A stretch of DNA of 64,000 nucleotides from Microcoleus sp. GTDB lineage: Bacteria > Cyanobacteriota > Cyanobacteriia > Cyanobacteriales > Microcoleaceae. Shown here in pieces: positions 10,149 through 18,356 of the stretch. The notes under the pieces were generated by a model. The model was given only the letters and a program-made list of their open reading frames with translations. It did not search any database and was not told the origin of the DNA. The stretch lies in contig CP181291.1 of the NCBI GenBank assembly GCA_052279835.1, forward strand, positions 2,336,001 through 2,400,000. The letters are read 5' to 3'. Both the position numbers and the translations under genes were made by a program. How positions within the stretch are numbered: position 1 is the first letter of the stretch; every line of letters starts with the position of its first letter.

Positions 10149-10502
10149 ATGTCTCACTTTAGCACTCTGCGTACCAAAATCACCGATGCCGAAATCTTGA
10201 AAGCTTCCCTACGCGACTTGGGTATCACAGTCAAGTCAGAAGCTGATGTTCGCGGCTACAACGGCCAACGTGTTCGCTCCGACATCGTAGCAACTCTCGA
10301 AGGCGAATATGACTTGGGTTGGTCTCGCAATAGCGACGGTTCTTTCGACTTGATTGCAGACTTGTGGGGCGTTGCCAAAAAGCACAATCAAACCGAGTTG
10401 ATCAACTCGATCAACCAGAAGTACGCAGTGAACAAAACCTTGGCAGCAGTCAAGCAACGTGGTTTGCAAAACGCCAACGTTAAGCTGGTAGTTCAAAACT
10501 AA
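10149..10502 (+). CDS. DUF1257 / Ycf35-family protein
   Basis: MSHFSTLRTKI...VRGYNGQ...FDLIADLW...QKYA family pattern; strong AGGAGG ribosome-binding site. Confidence 0.88.
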   Translation: MSHFSTLRTKITDAEILKASLRDLGITVKSEADVRGYNGQRVRSDIVATLEGEYDLGWSRNSDGSFDLIADLWGVAKKHNQTELINSINQKYAVNKTLAAVKQRGLQNANVKLVVQN

Positions 10503-10526
10503 TTGATCTGCGCGTTTCTAAGCTAG

Positions 10527-10558
10527 CGGGTTAACCTCATAGGGTTAACCCGTTTTTT
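10527..10558 (+). terminator. Intrinsic terminator of the ycf46 operon
   Basis: CGGGTTAACC-tcatag-GGTTAACCCG followed by TTTTTT. Confidence 0.8.
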
Positions 10559-10575
10559 CGTAACAAAAATAGAAT

Positions 10576-10720
10576 TTATAGCAACCGCCAAGGTGGTTAA
10601 GGCATAACTTTGGGGTAAGGGCTCTCGCATTCGGGCAGATAATTTATGGGTTTTACTCAAGAATTTTCCGCCCGAATGCGAGAGCCCCTACTGCCTTAAT
10701 CGACTTGGCGGTTGCTATAA
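10576..10720. mobile_element. MITE (145 bp) with terminal inverted repeats and an internal REP-like palindrome
   Basis: Perfect 17-bp TIR TTATAGCAACCGCCAAG / CTTGGCGGTTGCTATAA. Inner perfect 18-bp inverted pair GGGCTCTCGCATTCGGGC at 10619-10636 and 10670-10687. Confidence 0.8.
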
Positions 10721-10721
10721 G

Positions 10722-13097
10722 TTAAAACCAGCGCTTTTTCAGTTTTTTTAAGTGAGATTGCCTCAAATTCTCCACCAACTTCCGCAACTGGTTCAAATTA
10801 CCCATTTCCCCTCCGTACTTCCAGCGCACATAAGCCTGAGAAACCTCCTCAATCACATCTGCTTCATCAGTTCCCTGATTTTGGCGCATCGCCTCAGCAT
10901 ACTCCAAAGGCGTTTGAGCGCGAGTTTTGGCAAATCCGCGACTAGCCAAATCCTTCAACATTTCCTGATAAACCCCCTCCACAGGCGGTAACTTCCCTAG
11001 CCAACGACGGTAACGCCACTTACGCCACAGTTGCCAAATTAACCAGCCTAGGAAGCCAAAGGCGATCGCAGCAATTAAGCCAGTAAACAGCCCCACCCAG
11101 CCCTTCGCCAACTGCGCCAAAAACCAGCCCACCATTAAACTAATCCAGCCAATTACAAAACCTATGACTGAATCTAACCCACTTCTCAGAGGTGTTGGTA
11201 GCCAACCCGCTACCCACTTCCAAAATGATTCCAGGGCGCTAAAAGTCTGGTTATCTTCCACCGAAGCCGGAATCAGAGGATAACCGGGAATCGGATTAAA
11301 AGCAAACCAGCCGTAATTGGGAAAATATACCTCCGTCATCAAGAAAGCATCGGTATTTTTGACAATATATAAACCCGTAAATGGGTTGAATTCCCCCGTG
11401 TCAAATCCGCCCACCATCCGCGCCGGAATTCCGATCGACCTCAGCATGATTGTCAGCACCGTCGAAAAGTGGTCTGGATATCCACCTGTTACCTTTTTGC
11501 CGCCCTGGGTATTTTGATAACCAAACAGAAAACTCTCGACTAAATCTTCATTTTCTTCTAAATAAGGCAAGGCTTTTTCAATTTTATAATTCGGATTTTG
11601 CTTTAAATATTGAGCTAAATATAAAGCTTTTTCGTAGGGAGAGTCGATCGCTCTATCTGATTTAGCTACTCTAGTTCTAGCCAGCAATATTTCCTCGGTT
11701 TTGGCCCGCACCTTGGCCGCAATTTTCGGAGGCACATCTAAATAGAACTTGCGAATATTTTTCGGGTAATTAGTACCCGTTTTATTCAACAAATCCCGAT
11801 CGCGATAAGGCACATTAGAAATCACCGTATAAGTCAAACCCTCAGCCAACTCCACAGGCGATCGCAATCCGCCCTCCGCATCAATTGCCACATCCGTAGT
11901 CGGAAAATAAAGCTCCTTAGCCTTGTTTAAAGCCGGAATCAAATTCGGCAATTGAGCAACAATAGTATAACTTTGAATCACTTCTTGAGTCCGGGGTGCA
12001 TTCGGAAACGGATTCAGATAAAATTGATAGGACCACCTTGGTCTGTTAATCTTTTGAGCTTGTTCGTTGCGAGAAATTTCCCAGCCCTGACCCGTGTATT
12101 TGTCAAAGCCTAATACCCGCCAAAAACCCGCAGCCTGCGATCGCACCCGCATCACCACTTGAGGTGTCATTTCCCCCCGTAAATTTTGATTGATGCGCTG
12201 ATTGAAACCGTAATAAAAAGTAGAGTCAACCTCTCCTGGACCTTTGTCTGGGTTTCTCCCCCTTCCTGTGCCACTTCCTTTTTGATTTCCCCCTCTGACA
12301 TAGCCGGGATTCAGAATACTGCGGGAGTCAAACTCCCCCTTATATTCAATGGGAGCACTCACCGGAAAAGTCCGTAATTGATAGCCAGGGAGGCGTGGTA
12401 AAAATGCAAATATAGTCAGCCCCAATCCCACAGTTATTAGCAACAATAAACCAAAAGATTTTGGAGATAGGGTGGCTGCAAATAATGACCAGTTTTTGTT
12501 TTTTTGAGCTTGATATTCTACATTTTGCTTAGTCTTGTCTACCTGGGAGAGTCCCAAGCGCGATCGATAATCCAAAACTAAAGTCGGGAGCGCTAAAGCT
12601 AAAAACAGTAACAGCAGTGGTCCAAAAGTCAAGGTTTGGCTGAGAGTCCCTGCTACTCCTAACAAAATCAGCCCGATTACCATCGAGTAGCCTAAATCTT
12701 TGCGGCGCGGCAAATCGAAGCTGTGCAGCACTTGAACTTGAATTAATAGTTGGGCCAAAACTAACCTTGTATCGTTCAATTCTCCTACCAAACGGCTGAA
12801 GAATGCGAACAGGGCTACCAGCATACCAATGGCGATGCAGAATTTAGCTGCTACATTGCGATCGCGCCGGCGATACCAACTCCAAGTTGCCCCCACAATA
12901 CTAACCGGCACTGCCCAAAGATTGAGATTCTCTTCCGAAGCAACATCCGTAGCCACAATTCCTACTATTACCAACAACTGAACTAGGATTCGCAGCAGTA
13001 AAGAATCCTCAGTCACCGGCGGAGGCATTGCCTCTATCTGCTCCCACAGCTTACCAAAAAAAGGTATCTTTCGCAGGTTATCAGTTGTCATTTGCAC
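10722..13097 (-). CDS. Membrane transglutaminase-like protein (DUF3488-TGase-DUF4129, TgpA-like architecture)
   Basis: Multi-TM N-terminus (LHSFDLP), FWRVLGFDKYTG, LRSIGIPARMVGGF, EVYFPNYGW and C-terminal QTPLEYA. The usual catalytic Cys position reads GYPDHF. Confidence 0.85.
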   Translation of the reverse strand: MQMTTDNLRKIPFFGKLWEQIEAMPPPVTEDSLLLRILVQLLVIVGIVATDVASEENLNLWAVPVSIVGATWSWYRRRDRNVAAKFCIAIGMLVALFAFFSRLVGELNDTRLVLAQLLIQVQVLHSFDLPRRKDLGYSMVIGLILLGVAGTLSQTLTFGPLLLLFLALALPTLVLDYRSRLGLSQVDKTKQNVEYQAQKNKNWSLFAATLSPKSFGLLLLITVGLGLTIFAFLPRLPGYQLRTFPVSAPIEYKGEFDSRSILNPGYVRGGNQKGSGTGRGRNPDKGPGEVDSTFYYGFNQRINQNLRGEMTPQVVMRVRSQAAGFWRVLGFDKYTGQGWEISRNEQAQKINRPRWSYQFYLNPFPNAPRTQEVIQSYTIVAQLPNLIPALNKAKELYFPTTDVAIDAEGGLRSPVELAEGLTYTVISNVPYRDRDLLNKTGTNYPKNIRKFYLDVPPKIAAKVRAKTEEILLARTRVAKSDRAIDSPYEKALYLAQYLKQNPNYKIEKALPYLEENEDLVESFLFGYQNTQGGKKVTGGYPDHFSTVLTIMLRSIGIPARMVGGFDTGEFNPFTGLYIVKNTDAFLMTEVYFPNYGWFAFNPIPGYPLIPASVEDNQTFSALESFWKWVAGWLPTPLRSGLDSVIGFVIGWISLMVGWFLAQLAKGWVGLFTGLIAAIAFGFLGWLIWQLWRKWRYRRWLGKLPPVEGVYQEMLKDLASRGFAKTRAQTPLEYAEAMRQNQGTDEADVIEEVSQAYVRWKYGGEMGNLNQLRKLVENLRQSHLKKLKKRWF

Positions 13098-13232
13098 CCC
13101 TTCGATTTTCCCTGGTTTATTTGTGATTGTTTATACCGATTGATTTGGGGGCTGATTACCAAATTGCGATCGGTAAAAATCCTATTCAAAAACGCAGTTA
13201 TTTATTTAATATTTGCCTTTGTAGTTGCAATT

Positions 13233-14054
13233 TTAGACAGCCAAAGTAGGACGAATCGCAAACATCAAAGGTCTGGCATCGAAGTTTTGGAAGCGAACTT
13301 CTAGTGCATAGGTTTTGTCAGGTTGCGGGTCAAACAACTCCACACTTAAATTACCTGAATTTGGTCGCTGTGCACTTGCTTGTGCATTTTCTCCTTTAAG
13401 TTCCAAACTTCCTCCTCCGGGAAATTGACACTCAACTCTCAAAGATGTCATCGAATGTTCTGTGTCAATCCTTGACTGGTATTGGGCTTCTAGAGTGAGG
13501 GAACCCAATGCAGTCAGCCATTCTCGTGATACTGGCGACTGATTTGCCGGACAATTCAAAGTTAGAGAATCCAGAATTTCCCGCGCGGCCATCAGCGACA
13601 GTAGCATTTGTTGGTCGGCTGTTGCGGCTTCGTAATTAGGAAAATCCTCTATATCTAAAACTTCAACTCCGCGCACAGCACCTCTGAGCACTAAGCCAGC
13701 TAATTCGTTGAGTTCCTGAGATTGGTCGGGAAACAAGCTATCTACAGCCTGAACTAATTTCGATCCTTCTCGCAGCGACGACATTACCAGATTCTGACAG
13801 GGTTCTAGGAGTTGAGCAAATACCCCTTGGGCGATCGGAATTGGCAGGCGTCCCCATCTGATATTTTGGAGTTGGGGTGTCCAGAGGTGTAGGGGGGGAA
13901 CCCATTGGGGGGTTACATCGTCTGGATAGTCGTGGTCGTAGCTTTGAATTTCTGTTTCCCAAGGAAACAGCGGCGGGTTGGATTCAATCGAGGCTCTTAG
14001 CCTCTGTTTTAACAAAGTCTGAAAACGATCTTGCACGGTTGGTATTTCTCCCAT
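13233..14054 (-). CDS. patU3: PatU C-terminal part (patU3-like)
   Basis: MGEIPTVQDRFQTLLKQRL...NPPLFPWE pattern; lies downstream of hetZ. Confidence 0.75.
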   Translation of the reverse strand: MGEIPTVQDRFQTLLKQRLRASIESNPPLFPWETEIQSYDHDYPDDVTPQWVPPLHLWTPQLQNIRWGRLPIPIAQGVFAQLLEPCQNLVMSSLREGSKLVQAVDSLFPDQSQELNELAGLVLRGAVRGVEVLDIEDFPNYEAATADQQMLLSLMAAREILDSLTLNCPANQSPVSREWLTALGSLTLEAQYQSRIDTEHSMTSLRVECQFPGGGSLELKGENAQASAQRPNSGNLSVELFDPQPDKTYALEVRFQNFDARPLMFAIRPTLAV

Positions 14055-14100
14055 TGTCAGCGGTTGTGCGGTTTCATTGCTTTGGGTCCCTACTTGATAA

Positions 14101-14295
14101 TCAAGTGGGTCTGGTTCGTCCCATTCCCAGTATTCCCTCTCGGAAGGCTCTCCTGTGTCGTCCCACTCTTGGGAGGGAAACGACCCCAGTTAATTTTTCC
14201 TGATCTTCACTCAAGGCATTGGCAGGCGCTTGCAATATCCAGTCTAAAAAATGGCGCTCGAAAGCCTCTGCATCCCTGTTCGTTTCGTTATTCAT
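14101..14295 (-). CDS. PatU N-terminal part (patU5-like), in a different frame from patU3
   Basis: The ATG at 14295 overlaps the hetZ stop (ATGAATAA). Reads DAEAFERHFLDWILQ; reading frame differs from that of 13233..14054. Confidence 0.6.
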   Translation of the reverse strand: MNNETNRDAEAFERHFLDWILQAPANALSEDQEKLTGVVSLPRVGRHRRAFREGILGMGRTRPT

Positions 14296-15469
14296 CACTA
14301 GATGCCCCTTCTCCGGAATCTGAACGATTACGCAATTCCCAGGCCAGTTCCAGCAACTTAAACCACCTTTTCTGTACCTGGGCTACCGTGCTGCCGAGGG
14401 TTTGTGCGATCGCTGAATCTGACAGACCCTGTTGCTTCAACTTTAGCAAACGCTGTCCCTCTGGGCCAATTTGCTCAGAAAAAGCTTGCCACTCAGCCGG
14501 CAGCAAACCCAAGTTTCGATCTAAGTCTGCTTCTAGCCACTGGTGAACCAGTTCCCAGCGGTGAGACATCGCAAACCGAAGCAAATGGTATTTGAAGCGC
14601 TGCTGCAAATAGTCTCTTTGGCGGGGAGTGATGCCCAGAATTGCCTCTATTTCCTGGGTTGGCAAATCTTGCAACCTCAGCACAAAATAATCTGCACATT
14701 CTTGTTGGTTGCGCTCTTTCAAGTAAGCAACTAATTCGTCAATCACGTTTTGTCGCAGAGACTCTGACTCCTCGCCGTTGGGGCGAATTCCACTAGCACC
14801 TTGTCCGGCCATCGCCTCTCGTACTGAGTGTACTGAAGAGTCGTTCCAGGTTTGGTCAGAATCTGTAGCCCCTCCGTCTGCGGCTTGTTCCATATCTACG
14901 GAGGTTTCTTTGGGCTGCTGCTGGGAAAAGGTTTGGGCCCGCAAAATAATTAGTTGCTGGCTGCGGTTCCGAGGCAAAGGAATACGCCGTTTACCAAAGC
15001 GCTCTACAAATGCCATGTACTCTGCTAATTCTAAGCGAGTGCGGGGGCTGTAGGTGGGTGGCAGTTGCGTTTCGCGCCGGAATGCTTTTAAAGCTTCGAG
15101 ATAAAATCCTTGCAAGAAATCTTTGATCAGCTCAATCCGCGCCTGGTAGCTAGATTGCACCTGGGGTGGAGTGATGTAGCGATAGACGATCGCGCTGAGG
15201 GTACTGTGTAATTCTACTCGTCCTGGCCCGGAGCCTAAATTGTAATAATGGAGGCATTGTTGCAAGCGGTGCTGGGCGAGACCTAGGGCAGAACCTTCTA
15301 TGTCTCCAGAGGCTTGAATCCGCTGGCTTTCTGTGCATATCCTGTTGACTTCTGCTGCGAGTCGTCCTGCTACATCCCGGCAATTCTGCTCAGACGCGCG
15401 AGTGGACTTTGTAAGTTCGTCTAACAGCAGTTGAAAGATGGTTTCCACGCTCTGGCAGATTTCCCGCAT
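14288..15469 (-). CDS. hetZ: HetZ-family protein
   Basis: STRASEQNCRDVA, RVELHSTLSAIVYRYI, ELAEYMAF and QRDYLQQRFKYH motifs, with a C-terminal HTH-like segment. Confidence 0.85.
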   Translation of the reverse strand: MREICQSVETIFQLLLDELTKSTRASEQNCRDVAGRLAAEVNRICTESQRIQASGDIEGSALGLAQHRLQQCLHYYNLGSGPGRVELHSTLSAIVYRYITPPQVQSSYQARIELIKDFLQGFYLEALKAFRRETQLPPTYSPRTRLELAEYMAFVERFGKRRIPLPRNRSQQLIILRAQTFSQQQPKETSVDMEQAADGGATDSDQTWNDSSVHSVREAMAGQGASGIRPNGEESESLRQNVIDELVAYLKERNQQECADYFVLRLQDLPTQEIEAILGITPRQRDYLQQRFKYHLLRFAMSHRWELVHQWLEADLDRNLGLLPAEWQAFSEQIGPEGQRLLKLKQQGLSDSAIAQTLGSTVAQVQKRWFKLLELAWELRNRSDSGEGASSDE

Positions 15470-15640
15470 GATTGTTTACAACTAACCTTGAAACTAGCAC
15501 ACTCATGTGACTTTAGATAGAACACTTTAGATTTGCGAGATGCTTGCAGGTGGTCCCAGCTATCCCATAGTTTTACAATACTTGGACGCGCACCTGCTAA
15601 CCTGAAATTCTGAATATCCAATCTCAAATTATAGCGACCG

Positions 15641-16126
15641 ATGGATTTAGATCTACAGATTCGAGCACTCATCGATAAAGCTCCCCCTGACGGTTCGACA
15701 CCACAAATTCTAGAGGCGATCTCCCCGGCGCTGCGATTACTTGCCCAACAGCTTGAGCATCTGGAATACTTTATTTTGCAAAACTTCGATCGAAGTTGGG
15801 CGATCGCGGTTTTGAGCAATCTCAAGCAACCTGGGCAAGAGAAGCGGGTGATTTATGCTTGGAGTAATTTGAAAGATGCTTCCCAGGCTCCGGCTGCTGC
15901 GGGCGATCGTATCTTGCCTGTATCCATGCCTGTTACTCACATTTTATTTCAGATGCTAGCTCTCGAAGGTCTCGACAGTATAGTTTTTTTTGAAACTCCG
16001 GGCAATCTCGAAGTCGGCACGGAAGTCAGTCGCGACCAAGTGCAGAACTTAATTAATGTTTACTTGCAACAGTATCGATCGACTTTACTGTCAAATTCTA
16101 GCAATCTCCCCCCGGATATTGCTTAG
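15641..16126 (+). CDS. Conserved cyanobacterial hypothetical protein
   Basis: 161-aa ORF with natural composition, divergent from hetZ (MDLDLQIRALIDKAP...PVTHILFQ...LPPDIA). Confidence 0.75.
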   Translation: MDLDLQIRALIDKAPPDGSTPQILEAISPALRLLAQQLEHLEYFILQNFDRSWAIAVLSNLKQPGQEKRVIYAWSNLKDASQAPAAAGDRILPVSMPVTHILFQMLALEGLDSIVFFETPGNLEVGTEVSRDQVQNLINVYLQQYRSTLLSNSSNLPPDIA

Positions 16127-16293
16127 TTGGGAATTGGGCATTGGGAATTGTTCATCGGGCAACCCCCCAGCCCCCCAGGGGGGAAGGAATGGGGAATGGG
16201 GAATTGGCATTGGGCATTGGGCCCAAGAGCATTGGGCATTGGGCATTGCTCTCCCACTGTCCCCTCTTCCTTCTTCCTTCTTCCTTCTTCCTT
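16127..16293. repeat. Heptamer tandem repeats (TGGGCAT/TGGGGAA, TTCTTCC) with an embedded CCCCCC..GGGGGG palindrome
   Basis: Visible STRR-type heptamer arrays between convergent genes; AACCCCCCAGCCCCCCAGGGGGGAAGG at 16161-16187. Confidence 0.8.
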
Positions 16294-17265
16294 CTAATAA
16301 AGTCGGCTCAAAACGTATTCCGCCAAATCAATCAAAGCTTGGCGAGACTCTGAATGGGGCATTGATGCCAAGTATTCGACCGCTTTCTGTGCGTGATTTG
16401 TGGCTAATTCTCGCGATCTTGCTATACCTTGAGAATCTGCCACCAGTGCTAGGGCCTGCTCTAAATCTCCTTCTTGGGCAAACTCTCGTTCTATGAGAAC
16501 TTCCAAGTAAGGCTTTTCTTCCAGGGCAAATAGTGCTGGTGCTGTCAGATTACCGCTGATCAAATCGGAACCGGCGGGTTTCCCCAAAGTTTCTGTTGAA
16601 GCGGTGAAATCTAATATATCATCTACTATTTGGAATGCCAAACCAATGTTGCGACCGTAGTTGTACAAATCGTCTGCTACTTCCGCTGAAACCTCGCTCA
16701 AACAGCCCGCTGCTTTGGAACTGTTGGCAATTAAAGAGGCTGTTTTGTAATAACTTTTTTCTAGGTACGCTTCGATCGACAAACTGGTATCAAACCCATT
16801 TAGTCCCTGTTGAATTTCTCCCTCTGCTAAATCCATAATCACTTCTGAAAGCAGTTTGACTACTGTCAGGTTGTCGAGATTTGCCAAATGCCAGGAGGAT
16901 TGAGCAAACAGAAAATCTCCCGCCAATACTGCCACTCGATTGTTAAACCGACTGTGAACCGTCGGCACTCCCCGCCTCAGATCCGACTCGTCCACCACGT
17001 CGTCGTGGACTAGACTTGCCGTGTGGATCATTTCCGTGATTTCGGCGAGGCGACGGTGTTTTTCGGTGATTTCCCGATCGGGCATCGTCGCCTTGGCGAC
17101 CAACAAGACTATTGCGGGTCTCACCCGTTTTCCCTTTGTGCCGAATAAGTATTCCGCAGCCGCGTACAAAATGGGATGACGGGCACCCACTAACTGTTTC
17201 AAGTTTTCTGTCAACAGTCGCAGGTCTTCTTCAACCGAGGAAAATAGGAGAGTGCTAGAGATCAT
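16294..17265 (-). CDS. sds: Solanesyl diphosphate synthase (trans-prenyltransferase)
   Basis: GKRVRP, first DDXXD (LVHDDVVD), KTASL and second motif FQIVDDILD; 323 aa. Confidence 0.92.
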   Translation of the reverse strand: MISSTLLFSSVEEDLRLLTENLKQLVGARHPILYAAAEYLFGTKGKRVRPAIVLLVAKATMPDREITEKHRRLAEITEMIHTASLVHDDVVDESDLRRGVPTVHSRFNNRVAVLAGDFLFAQSSWHLANLDNLTVVKLLSEVIMDLAEGEIQQGLNGFDTSLSIEAYLEKSYYKTASLIANSSKAAGCLSEVSAEVADDLYNYGRNIGLAFQIVDDILDFTASTETLGKPAGSDLISGNLTAPALFALEEKPYLEVLIEREFAQEGDLEQALALVADSQGIARSRELATNHAQKAVEYLASMPHSESRQALIDLAEYVLSRLY

Positions 17266-17919
17266 GGATACGCCGACTCAAGCCGTAAAGTAACAAAATT
17301 TTACATATCATATCTTTATTTTAAGGTAATTCTCTGCGATCGGGAACAAAAATCTCTGCGATCGATAGCGATCTATCCTCTGTCATCAGCCAGAAGTTAT
17401 GGGCTTGAGGGTGAGCAGCAGCAGGCTACCAGAGACGTGACCCTATTGTATCGAATTGTTAAGGACTTTGGGAAAAAATCTTTAAATGCCATAAAACCTG
17501 TGCTATACTAAATATTAAGGATTTAAACAATTCCATACATTAAGCCCAGCTAAATCAGCAGGCAGCTTTAGAGTATCTGCAAGAGGTTGTTAGAGCCAGC
17601 CTTGTTAACCCGATCGCGACCAAAAACTCTGGTAAGTATTTTTTGCTCATGGGAGCAAAAAAAACACGAGTTAATGGTAGTGGATTGTATGTGTGCGGTA
17701 GCTCAAGGCAGCTAGAGTGCAACACTTTAGGCTGTTAAAGCATAAATAAAGCAGTAAATGATAGTGGACAGGGAAAAGTTTATTTTTCCCGATCGCTAAT
17801 TATATCAAAAAGCAGCCTTTAGAGTCAAGGCGTTGTTTTGTGTGCTGACTTAATGTAGTAGGTGTTGAACCCGTCCTCCCCCTGTTTGACCTTCTCCTCC
17901 TCGACTGGTGGCTCTAATT

Positions 17920-18078
17920 ATGATTTACCGTGATATTCCTCTAATTATTCCCATTCTGGCCACGGGCTATGTAATGACTATTTATTTGCTGCTAATCTTG
18001 GCCGAACGCAGCGCTAAAATAACTCGACTGGGTGGGTGGCGCTTGCCTGAAGCGGAATCCCGAAGCACCGTGCGCTAA
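17920..18078 (+). CDS. Putative 52-aa single-pass membrane protein (below the ORF-track cutoff)
   Basis: ATG 17920 to TAA 18078: MIYRDIPLIIPILATGYVMTIYLLLILAERSAKITRLGGWRLPEAESRSTVR. Contains a 23-aa uncharged stretch and is followed by a strong hairpin. Confidence 0.55.
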   Translation: MIYRDIPLIIPILATGYVMTIYLLLILAERSAKITRLGGWRLPEAESRSTVR

Positions 18079-18110
18079 GCTACAACTAAATAATTCTCAA
18101 TAGTCAATTG

Positions 18111-18150
18111 ATAACCCTGCCTCTGTACTGACATACAGAGGCAGGGTTAT
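18111..18150 (+). terminator. Perfect 17-bp stem-loop downstream of the small ORF
   Basis: ATAACCCTGCCTCTGTA-ctgaca-TACAGAGGCAGGGTTAT. Confidence 0.6.
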
Positions 18151-18356
18151 GATTAGATAGACTCGTGAACTACCAAACACTCATCGCGTAGGGCTGTTAG
18201 TGTGGGCTTCCCAATTCAAGGACAACAGCTTTAGCTAAAAATGATAAAATCCTGGTGGCCAAAACGGTGAAGAGCGCTATCCAGCAAATTATAAAAGCTA
18301 ACATCTACTAATAAGTTTGTATTAATTTTCGCTTCCGCCTGCATCTCTACCCAGGT

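Noticed and set aside
15470..15640. HetR binding site upstream of hetZ
   Set aside because: I could not find a convincing GGG-N5-CCC palindrome.
16056..16496. ORFs 16056..16496 and 16141..16353
   Set aside because: They read through heptamer repeats and overlap real genes.
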